Source: Desulfosporosinus sp. (GTDB lineage: Bacteria; Bacillota; Desulfitobacteriia; Desulfitobacteriales; Desulfitobacteriaceae). Taken from it: a stretch of DNA of 64,000 bases. The number at the start of each line of letters is the position of its first letter. Position 1 is the stretch's first letter. The stretch is taken from assembly GCA_003513495.1 (NCBI GenBank), contig DOPM01000043.1:907-64906 (forward strand), given 5' to 3'. The notes under the pieces were generated by a model. The model ran no database searches. It was not told the DNA's origin and saw only the letters and a program-made list of their open reading frames with translations. This document shows positions 55,906 to 64,000 of the stretch, one piece after another. A program made the translations under genes and the position numbers.

Positions 55906-56631
55906 ATGAAGTACTTAACCATAGATACAACAACTAAAGTTACAGCCGTAGCACTAGCTGAGGACGAGAAGCTGGTTGGCGAGGGTTTTCTACATACCAC
56001 TAAGACACATTCAGAGCGTATCATTCCGATGCTTGATCAGCTGCTTAATGCTGCGGCTTGGAAACTTCAGGACCTGGATATGATTGGTGTGGTACGTGGA
56101 CCAGGCTCGTTTACTGGAATCAGAATTGGAATTGCCACAGCCCAGGGATTGGCCCAGGTTTTGAAGATCCCCATCATTTCCGTAGTGTCCTTAGATGCCT
56201 TAGCTTGGGCAGGTAAGGGAAGAACAGAGGATATTGTTCCTATTTTAGATGCGCGGAAGAATGAGTGGTATACGGGGCGTTATCGTTGGATTCAAGGAGT
56301 AGAGAAGCCAGAGTGTTTAACCTCGCCGCAAGCCATGCCTACAGGTCAATGGTTGGAATTTTTATGGGGATTAGATCGTCCTATATGTTTCGTTGGAGAT
56401 GCAGTTGGTAAGGCTAAAGGGCATATAGAACAGGTATTTGGTGATCGAGCAGTGATTCTACCAGAGTATGCTTGCTTACCTCGAGGGGCTTATGCCGTAG
56501 AAGCGGTTTGGCAGAGATGGTTACAAACGGGAAAAGGGGAATTGGTTGAACCCTATTACATTCGCTTTTCTGAGGCAGAGGTCAATTGGGCGAAGAAAGA
56601 GAAAGCGCGAAGGAGCGAGGGACATGAATGA
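55906..56631 (+). CDS. tsaB: tRNA t6A37 biosynthesis protein TsaB
   Basis: MKYLTIDTTT start, GPGSFTGIRIG motif. Confidence 0.9.
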   Translation: MKYLTIDTTTKVTAVALAEDEKLVGEGFLHTTKTHSERIIPMLDQLLNAAAWKLQDLDMIGVVRGPGSFTGIRIGIATAQGLAQVLKIPIISVVSLDALAWAGKGRTEDIVPILDARKNEWYTGRYRWIQGVEKPECLTSPQAMPTGQWLEFLWGLDRPICFVGDAVGKAKGHIEQVFGDRAVILPEYACLPRGAYAVEAVWQRWLQTGKGELVEPYYIRFSEAEVNWAKKEKARRSEGHE

Positions 56632-57091
56632 CGGGATTGTACGTCCCATGTGTATGGACGATCTCGAGGCAATCTTGAAGATCGAGATTGCCTCTTTTTC
56701 TACCCCTTGGTCTTTGCAAGCTTTTCAAGCGGAGCTTAAAGATAATGAATATGCGCGTTATGTTTGCTTAGAGGTAGAAGGTAAGGTCATAGGTTACATG
56801 GGGTTATGGTTTATCTTGGATGAAGGTCATATTACGAATGTGGCTATTGCTCCCAACTATCGGGGACAACATTGGGGGGAGTTTCTTATGCGTTCGGTGA
56901 TGTCGAAAATGAAGGATGAGGGTATGGAACGGATGACCCTCGAAGTTCGAGCATCCAATAGGCCTGCTCAGTCTTTATACAATCGATTAGGTTTTTTTAC
57001 AGCTGGTATTCGCAAAGGATATTATGCGGATACTGGAGAGGACGCCCTGATCATGTGGGCGGAATTGGGAACGGAAGTGAATAAATCATGA
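56624..57091 (+). CDS. rimI: Ribosomal-protein-alanine N-acetyltransferase RimI (GNAT)
   Basis: GNAT motif A (RGQHWGEFLM). ATG 56624 overlaps the tsaB stop (ATGAATGA). The track ORF begins earlier inside tsaB. Confidence 0.85.
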   Translation: MNDGIVRPMCMDDLEAILKIEIASFSTPWSLQAFQAELKDNEYARYVCLEVEGKVIGYMGLWFILDEGHITNVAIAPNYRGQHWGEFLMRSVMSKMKDEGMERMTLEVRASNRPAQSLYNRLGFFTAGIRKGYYADTGEDALIMWAELGTEVNKS

Positions 57092-58116
57092 CAGAGAATC
57101 CAAAGAGCGAGGTTGTTATTTTAGGAATTGAAACAAGCTGTGATGAGACATCAGCCGCTGTATTGTTGAATGGGACGGATTTACGAAGTCATGTTATTTC
57201 ATCACAAATTACGACGCATCAGAAATATGGAGGGGTTGTGCCGGAGATTGCCTCTCGTGAACACAGCCTCCATTTTCAACCAGTAGTACAACAAGCCCTA
57301 GATGAAGCAGGGCTGACCTTCGGGGATTTATCAGCGATTGCAGTGACCTATGGTCCAGGATTAGTCGGATCCTTATTGGTCGGAGTTTCAGGGGCAAAAG
57401 CAATGGCCTATGCGGCTGGAGTTCCTCTGATTGGTATTAATCACCTGGAAGCTCATATTTATGCCAACTTTTTAGAGCATCAAGATTTAAGTTTTCCTCT
57501 TCTCGCCTTACTAGTTTCAGGGGGACACTCTCATCTTATTTTGTTTGAAGCCCACGGACAGTACAAGGTCTTGGGGCGCACACGAGATGATGCGGCCGGA
57601 GAAGCATTAGATAAAGTAGCAAGAACGTTAGGATTAGCTTATCCAGGAGGCCCTCAAATTCAAAGAGTAGCGCAGGAGGGGGATGCCCAGGCCTATACCT
57701 TTCCTCGCGCTATGTTAGAGCCAGATAGTTTGGATTTCAGTTTTAGTGGTATGAAATCAGCGGTTTTAAACACCTTGAACTCTGCCCGCATGCGCGGTGA
57801 AACCTTAAGTGTTCCAGATATAGCTGCATCCTTCCAGCAAGCCGTAGTAGATGTTTTAGTTAGGAAAGCACTGATGGCTCTTGAACGGACCAACGTCAAA
57901 ACCTTGCTCTTAGCGGGTGGGGTTGCTGCTAATAAGCTATTACGTGAAACACTAGACCAATCGTTGTCAGTCCGAGGTGTTCGCTTAGTTTATCCATCCC
58001 CTATATACTGTACTGACAATGGAGCCATGATTGCGACGGCTGGGTATTATCATTATCTAGAAGGGGACTTTGCTCCTTGGACCTTAAATGCGGTTCCAGG
58101 TTTGAATCTGACGTAA
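57088..58116 (+). CDS. tsaD: tRNA N6-adenosine threonylcarbamoyltransferase TsaD (Gcp/Kae1)
   Basis: ILGIETSCDETSAAV N-terminus and HLEAHI metal motif. ATGA overlap with rimI. Confidence 0.95.
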   Translation: MTENPKSEVVILGIETSCDETSAAVLLNGTDLRSHVISSQITTHQKYGGVVPEIASREHSLHFQPVVQQALDEAGLTFGDLSAIAVTYGPGLVGSLLVGVSGAKAMAYAAGVPLIGINHLEAHIYANFLEHQDLSFPLLALLVSGGHSHLILFEAHGQYKVLGRTRDDAAGEALDKVARTLGLAYPGGPQIQRVAQEGDAQAYTFPRAMLEPDSLDFSFSGMKSAVLNTLNSARMRGETLSVPDIAASFQQAVVDVLVRKALMALERTNVKTLLLAGGVAANKLLRETLDQSLSVRGVRLVYPSPIYCTDNGAMIATAGYYHYLEGDFAPWTLNAVPGLNLT

Positions 58117-58140
58117 GTGAAGTTCAAAATCTAAACAAAC

Positions 58141-58175
58141 GAAGCGAGAATTATGTTTTTCTTGCTTCTTTGTTA
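58141..58175 (+). terminator. Intrinsic terminator after tsaD
   Basis: GAAGCGAGAA (58141-58150) / TTCTTGCTTC (58159-58168), one G-T wobble, then TTTGTT. Confidence 0.75.
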
Positions 58176-58214
58176 TTCAAGGGTTTTTTTAGAAAGATAA
58201 AGAATCATATGTTC

Positions 58215-58389
58215 TGGGGATAAGATGGACCTGTGGACAATGTGGATAAGTCTGTAGATAACTCAAAATAGCGGTTTTGAAGGTCTGTACAAAATTTTTG
58301 GGTTTGGGATAGATTTTATCCACAAGACCTGTGGATAATGTGGATAACTTATGAACAAGGCTAAAGTCTTAGATTCTATAAGTGGATAA
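58215..58389. promoter_or_regulatory. DnaA-box cluster: 4 perfect and 4 one-mismatch TTATCCACA boxes
   Basis: Perfect boxes: TGTGGATAA 58241-58249, 58330-58338 and 58339-58347, and TTATCCACA 58316-58324. One mismatch: 58215-58223, 58232-58240, 58253-58261 and 58381-58389. Confidence 0.8.
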
Positions 58390-58557
58390 CTTTGTGGGTT
58401 GAAATACTGATTGTTTTGTGTAAATAATAGAAAAGAGAGATGATATGTTTGCATATTGATAAAATTCACAAAATATTTCATTTATAACAGAAGGATTTTG
58501 CCTATATTAATCGAATATTTTTAAATGCACGATATTTTACCGAAAGGGAAGCACCAC

Positions 58558-59139
58558 ATGAATGAGGAAAAAATGAACTTAAAGGCCGAAGTGCGCAAAG
58601 AGTGTTTGACTCAACGAGCCTTATTGGGAGAGGAAGAGAGAAGGACCAAAAGTTTAATTATTCAGCAAAAACTTAGGGATTTACCAGACTTCCAAAAGGC
58701 CCGTACAGTGATGTTATTTCTTAACTTTAGAGATGAAGTGGAAACGACTGACTTGGCAGAGGCGACAATAGCGTGTAATAAAAAGCTCATATTACCTCGT
58801 TGTGCACCTAAGGGCATACTTCTTCCACTTGAGGTCCGCGATCTGGCAGTCGATCTTGAGCCGGGAGCTTGGGGAATTCGTGAGCCCAAACTTACAAAAG
58901 AAGAGGTAAATCCTTTAGAGATTGATTTAGTCGTTGTGCCTGGAGCGGGTTTTGATCTGCGAGGGAATCGTTTGGGGTATGGGGGAGGCTTTTATGATCG
59001 CTTTTTTATGCGGCTGAAACCTTCAACGCCCAGAGTTGCGCTTGCTTTCGAATGTCAAATTATTGAACAAGTTCCCGTGGACAAGCATGATGCTAAAATG
59101 ACTAAATTAATTACGGAGAAAACAGTCTACGATTTTTAG
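58558..59139 (+). CDS. 5-formyltetrahydrofolate cyclo-ligase
   Basis: VVPGAGFDLRGNRLGYGGGFYDRF signature. Start is ATG 58558 or 58573. The track ORF starts at 58525. Confidence 0.85.
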   Translation: MNEEKMNLKAEVRKECLTQRALLGEEERRTKSLIIQQKLRDLPDFQKARTVMLFLNFRDEVETTDLAEATIACNKKLILPRCAPKGILLPLEVRDLAVDLEPGAWGIREPKLTKEEVNPLEIDLVVVPGAGFDLRGNRLGYGGGFYDRFFMRLKPSTPRVALAFECQIIEQVPVDKHDAKMTKLITEKTVYDF

Positions 59140-59173
59140 AAACAACAACAGTAATTCAATAGGGGGGATTTTT

Positions 59174-59656
59174 TTGAGCACCGCGTGTGAGGAGTTAGTG
59201 GATCCTAAGCAAATTAAGTTGGATGAGATTATTAACAAGCATAGGTATGACAATGGGCCGCTTATCCCGATTCTGCAAGGAGCACAAGAGGTATATGGGT
59301 ATTTGCCAGCCCATGTGATTAAACACATTAGTAAAGCAATTCGTATTCCGGTGGCAAGAATTTATGGTGTAGTAACATTTTATGCTCAGTTTCGTCTAAC
59401 CCCAGTAGGGCGAAATTTGATCAATATTTGCTTAGGAACAGCTTGCCATGTTCGTGGAGGCGCCAAAGTCGTTGAAACCATTGAGAAAGAATTAAAGATT
59501 AAAGATGGGGCTACGACTGAAGATGGGCGTTTTACATTAGAAGTTGTGGCATGTATTGGAGCTTGTGGTCTGGCACCGGTGATTTCTATTAATAATGAGG
59601 TTCATGGACGATTGTCACCGGACAAAATTGCCGGGATATTGGCCAAATACGAGTAG
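59174..59656 (+). CDS. NuoE-like [2Fe-2S] subunit of the formate dehydrogenase complex
   Basis: Paralog of hydC (ICLGTACHVRG...CIGACGLAP). TTG start 6 nt after AGGGGGG. Confidence 0.9.
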   Translation: MSTACEELVDPKQIKLDEIINKHRYDNGPLIPILQGAQEVYGYLPAHVIKHISKAIRIPVARIYGVVTFYAQFRLTPVGRNLINICLGTACHVRGGAKVVETIEKELKIKDGATTEDGRFTLEVVACIGACGLAPVISINNEVHGRLSPDKIAGILAKYE

Positions 59657-59668
59657 GAGGATAAAGGG

Positions 59669-61465
59669 ATGGCTGAGAACCAACGGATTCTAGTTTGTGC
59701 AGGGACGGGATGTGCCTCTTCGGGAGCGCTTCCTATCATTGATATTCTGAATGATGAAATCAAGCGGCAAGGACTTGAGGAAACTGTAACCGTGGTTGGT
59801 ACAGGATGTCAAGGATTTTGCGAAAAAGGACCAACACTCGTCATTGAGCCGCAGCAGATCTTATATACCCGGGTTACTGGGGAAGATGTTGCGGAAATTG
59901 TAAGTCAAGAGCTTGTCAAAGGGGAACGAGTTGAACGACTTCTTCTTGTCGATCAAGCAACTCAAAAACCAGTTAGTTCAATGGCTGACATAAGGTTTTT
60001 CTCTAAACAACATCGAATTGTTCTTCACAATTGCGGGGTTATTGACCCTAAGAAGATTGAAGATTACACCGCACGTGATGGATATAAAGGCATTGAAAAG
60101 GCCCTTAAGGGTATGTCCCCGGAAGAGGTCATGGAAGAGGTCAAGAAGTCCGGTCTTCGTGGTCGTGGAGGTGCTGGCTTCCCTACAGGAGTTAAGTGGG
60201 GTTTCTGTCGGTCTACCCCAAGTGATAAAAAGTATATTATTTGCAACGCTGACGAAGGAGATCCTGGAGCATTCATGGATCGAAGTGTACTTGAGGGAGA
60301 TCCCCATTCTGTTATTGAGGGAATGCTCATTGGAGCTTATGCCATCGGAGCAGACGAAGGATACGTTTACTGTCGTGCAGAGTATCCATTAGCTATTAAG
60401 AACTTAGGTATAGCAATCAAGCAAGCGAAAGAAGCAGGTTATCTAGGAGATAACATTTTGGGCTCAGGCTTTAATTTTCATCTGAAAATTTTTGAAGGGG
60501 CTGGAGCCTTTGTCTGCGGAGAGGAAACCGCATTAATGGCTTCAATAGAAGGGAAACGCGGAATGCCTAGAGTTCGCCCACCTTTTCCTGCGGTTAGCGG
60601 ACTTTGGGGCAAACCAACCAATATCAATAACGTTGAAACTTGGTCAAATATTCCGCATATTTTACGCAACGGAGCAGACTGGTATTCCCAATTCGGGACG
60701 GAAAAGAGCAAAGGGACTAAAATCTTTGCCTTGACCGGTAAAGTTAATAATACAGGCTTAGTAGAAGTCCCGATGGGTACAACTCTCAGAGAGATTATCT
60801 TTGACATTGGAGATGGCATTCAAGGCGGTAAGAAGTTTAAAGCAGTGCAAATTGGAGGACCCTCTGGTGGATGCTTGCCTGAAGATATGCTCGATCTAGC
60901 CGTTGATTATGATACCTTGACACAAGCTGGAGCAATGGTTGGCTCAGGTGGACTAGTTATCATGGATGAGACCACTTGTATGGTGGATATTGCCCGTTAT
61001 TTCTTAAACTTTTCGAAGAAGGAATCTTGTGGTAAATGTACCCCTTGTCGTGAGGGAACCACGAGGATGTATGAGATTCTAGATAGAATCACAAAAGGTG
61101 AAGGTAAAGAGGAAGATCTCGATACCTTAGAAAATCTCGCAATAACCATCAAGGAAACCTCACTCTGTGGATTGGGTCAGTTTGCACCTAGCCCCATTCT
61201 TGCAACTCTTAAATACTTTAGGCATGAGTATCTAGCACATATTCATGACCATAAGTGTCCTGCCCATAATTGCACGGCCCTACTAAGCTATTCAATTGAT
61301 ACAGAGAAATGTAAAATGTGTAGTCTCTGTGCTAAGAATTGCCCGACGAATTGCATTTCAGGAGATAAGAAAACTAATACTCCGTATGTCATTGATGTTG
61401 AGAATTGCATCAAATGTGGAACCTGTATGGACAAATGTAAGTTTGGTGCAGTTAGTCGAGCCTAG
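59669..61465 (+). CDS. NuoF-like NAD(P)H/FMN-binding subunit of the formate dehydrogenase complex
   Basis: [13 protein letters not shown] motif, N-terminal thioredoxin-like domain, C-terminal 2x[4Fe-4S]. Paralog of hydB. Confidence 0.9.
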   Translation: [598 protein letters not shown]

Positions 61466-61520
61466 TGAGTGAGGATCGAAACTACCCATTCGGATGGATA
61501 AACTGAGAGGAGTGAACATT

Positions 61521-64000
61521 TTGGAGTGGCTTACCTTAACAATTGATGGACGTGAAGTCAGCGTTCCCAAGGGAACGACCGTACTTGATGCCTGTCGGAT
61601 GAATAATATTCCAATTCCTACCTTGTGTCATGCCCCAGAGCTTACCTCTGCTGGAGCCTGCCGTTTGTGTGTTGTTCAAATCGAAGGAATGCGTAATCTT
61701 CCACCTTCGTGCGTTACTCAAGTCGCTCAGGGTATGAAAGTAGAAACACAAAATCCTAAAGTTCGTAATGCACGTAAAACAATCTTAGAGCTTTTGGTTG
61801 CAAATCATCCTTTAGATTGCATGACCTGTCAGAAAATGGGAGATTGTTCCTTAGCAGAGTATGCTTATGACTATGGAGTAACTGGGACCGTTTATCAAGG
61901 GGAGAAACGTTGTCTCCCGATTGATGACGGAAATCCTTTCATATTACGTGATCCCAATAAATGTATTCTTTGTGGCAAATGTATCAAAGCATGTACTGAA
62001 ATCCAAGGAAAAAGCATTCTAGACTTTTCATTTCGAGGATTTGATACCCAGGTGGGCCCCGCCTTCAATTTACCTTATAATGAATCGGATTGTGATTTCT
62101 GTGGATCCTGTGTCTCAGTCTGCCCAGTTGGTGCGCTGACTGAAAAGCAAATGGCCGGTAAAGGACGTCCTTGGGAAGTATCCAAAGTCCAAACCACTTG
62201 TCCTTTCTGCGGAGTAGGTTGCAACTTTGACCTAAATGTCAAAGACGGAAAAGTCATTGGGGTAACTTCTAATCCTGAGGTACCTGTTAATGGTAAAGCT
62301 TTATGTGTTAAAGGTCGTTTTGGGATGGACATGATCTATAGCGACAATCGCATAACCACACCTTTAATTAGGAAAAATGGAGAACTAGTTCCGGCAGAGT
62401 GGGATGAGGCTCTGGATTTGGTTGCCACTAAGTTGGGTGAGATTAAAAAGACCTATGGTCCCAACTCTATTGCAGCTTTAAGTTCAGCTCACTGCACTAA
62501 TGAAGAAAACTATCTTATGCAAAAATTCATGCGCGCGGTAATCGGCACAAACAATGTCGATCACTGCGCCAGGACTTGACACGCTCCCACTGTGGCCGGT
62601 CTGGCCACCTCATTTGGATCCGGAGCGATGACTAACTCAATTAATGAAATTCCTAACGTTAAGGCTATGTTTGTAATTGGTTCTAATCCGACAGAAGCGC
62701 ATCCGGTAATCGGAACAAAAATGAAACAAGCCCTCGCAAAAGGTGCTAAACTTATTGTTGCTGACCCTCGGTGCATTGATCTTGCCGAGCATGCAGATGT
62801 TTGGCTAAGACTTAGACCTGGAACGGATATTGCTTTGATCAACGGAATCATGAACATTATTCTTGCTAACGAGTGGGAAAATAAAGAATTTATTGCTGAA
62901 CGAACAGAAGGCTTTGAAAAAGTTCGTGAAGCAGTACAGCAATATACTCCAGAAGTAGTAAGTAAAATAACGGGAGTTCCTGTAGAACAGCTCCAAGAGG
63001 CTGCCAAAATCTATGCTACCGCTGAACGAGCTTCAATCTTCTATACCTTAGGGATAACTGAACATACCTGCGGTACAGATAATGTCATGAGTTTGGCAAA
63101 CCTCGCTATGCTGACAGGAAATATTGGTAAGGAGAGTTCAGGGGTTAACCCAATGCGCGGGCAGAATAACGTACAGGGTGCCTGCGATATGGGAGCACTT
63201 CCTAATGTTTATCCCGGTTACCAACAGGTTGCTAGCCCAGAAGTACGGGCCAAGTTCGAAGCAGCTTGGGGAGTTCCCCTAGATCCTAATCCCGGCTTTA
63301 TGATTCCAGATATGTTTGGGGCTGCAGTTAGTAAGGATCTGCGTGCTCTGTATGTCATGGGAGAAGATCCGGTCATTACTGATGCTGATGCGAACCATGT
63401 ACGCAAAGGTCTTGAGGCATTAGACTTCCTTGTTGTTCAAGAAATTTTCTTGTCTGAAACAGCAAAGCTTGCAGATGTCGTCTTACCTGGTGCTAGTTTT
63501 GCAGAGAAGACAGGCACCTTCACAAATACTGAGCGAAGAGTGCAAATGGTAAATCAGGCCATTAAGCCTATTGGAAATGCTAAGACAGATGGGGAGATCA
63601 TTTGTGAGCTGGCTACTCGTATGGGTTACCCCTTCAACTATGAATCTTCTGCAGAAGTCATGCAGGAAATTTCAAAGCTCGCGCCACAATTTGGGGGTAT
63701 AACCCATGAGCGATTAGGAACACAAGGGTTGCAATGGCCTGTACCGCATGCAGAGCACCCAGGCACCAAGTTCCTGCATGAAGGGAAGTTTAACCGGGGC
63801 AAAGGACTCTTTATGGCTATTGAAAATCAGCTGCCTGCTGAAATGCCTGATGAGGAATATCCTTTCTTGCTCAATACCGGGCGTAAACTCTCTCACTATA
63901 ATGTTTTCACACAACACTCACCTTCATTAGGCGACCATTCTCCTGAAGAACTTGCTGAGGTTAATCCTTCAGACGCTAAGAAGCTGGGAATTGAAGATGG
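61521..64000 (+). CDS. fdhA: Selenocysteine-containing formate dehydrogenase alpha subunit with NuoG-like N-terminal Fe-S domains (3' partial; in-frame TGA at 62577-62579)
   Basis: The frame reads [29 protein letters not shown], the canonical Sec/Cys active-site context of FdhA/FdhF. It stays open from 62580 to the window end. A hairpin follows the TGA directly. TTG 61521 lies 8 nt after GAGAGGAG. The alternative ATG 61494 lacks an RBS. Confidence 0.9.
62577..62608 (+). other. UGA selenocysteine codon plus candidate SECIS hairpin
   Basis: TGA at 62577-62579. GTGGCC (62592-62597) / GGCCAC (62603-62608) with loop GGTCT begins 13 nt after the TGA. Confidence 0.75.

Noticed and set aside
58263-58481. 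72-aa minus-strand ORF covering the DnaA-box cluster.
   Set aside because: No RBS, an odd composition driven by repeated TGTGGATAA boxes, and it overlaps an obvious regulatory region.
58215-58520. Calling the DnaA-box cluster the chromosomal origin (oriC).
   Set aside because: No dnaA, dnaN or rpmH lies nearby. The location matches a known non-origin DnaA-box cluster site in Bacillus (after gcp/tsaD). It is kept as a finding but not called oriC. The adjacent AT-rich stretch means this is not fully excluded.

Overview
This window looks like a chromosomal segment from an anaerobic Firmicute. Gene content resembles Desulfitobacterium/Desulfosporosinus-type Clostridia, but that placement is inference only. 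No rRNA, tRNA, CRISPR array or intact mobile element was seen.

Coding content, left to right:
- DUF134 protein, a Gln-rich protein, and MarR with a P1B-type metal ATPase.
- Metallophosphoesterase, then a DUF2325 + HD-GYP pair.
- Flavodiiron protein and a GGDEF cyclase.
- PadR with a FetAB-like exporter.
- A hexaheme c-type cytochrome lipoprotein, divergent from a Cache-HAMP-HTH membrane regulator.
- A HydCBA NADH-linked [FeFe]-hydrogenase operon.
- Two tandem DMSO-reductase-family molybdoenzyme modules: one Tat-exported with a DmsC-like anchor and TorD-like chaperone, one without a Tat signal. A PucR-type regulator sits next to them.
- A NitT/TauT-type ABC importer.
- A B12 cluster: CobO-type adenosyltransferase, split ICM-like acyl-CoA mutase, MeaB, a degenerate B12-domain paralog and a small ORF. 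It is followed by a relic mutase fragment and an orphan YopX phage gene.
- NmrA-like protein, then a TetR + HlyD + ABC-2 efflux set.
- Two aminotransferases, including DapL.
- A c-di-GMP-I riboswitch in front of a chemoreceptor gene.
- Tex, lactate permease, an amidohydrolase, tsaE-tsaB-rimI-tsaD, and 5-formyl-THF cyclo-ligase.
- A NuoE/NuoF-like pair followed by a selenocysteine (in-frame TGA) formate dehydrogenase that runs off the window.

The most unusual signals are non-coding:
1. A roughly 340-nt GC-rich multi-hairpin element at 43.3-43.7 kb with repeated CCA-TCCT-TGG stem-loops. This is a candidate novel structured RNA.
2. A dispersed 26-28-bp palindromic repeat, GTGTCA-N-TGACAC, with four copies. 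Two form an inverted pair inside the hyd operon.
3. A dense DnaA-box cluster downstream of tsaD.
4. A 34-nt x 3.5 tandem array of AGACA-N-TGTCT palindromes ending in a (TG)10 microsatellite.
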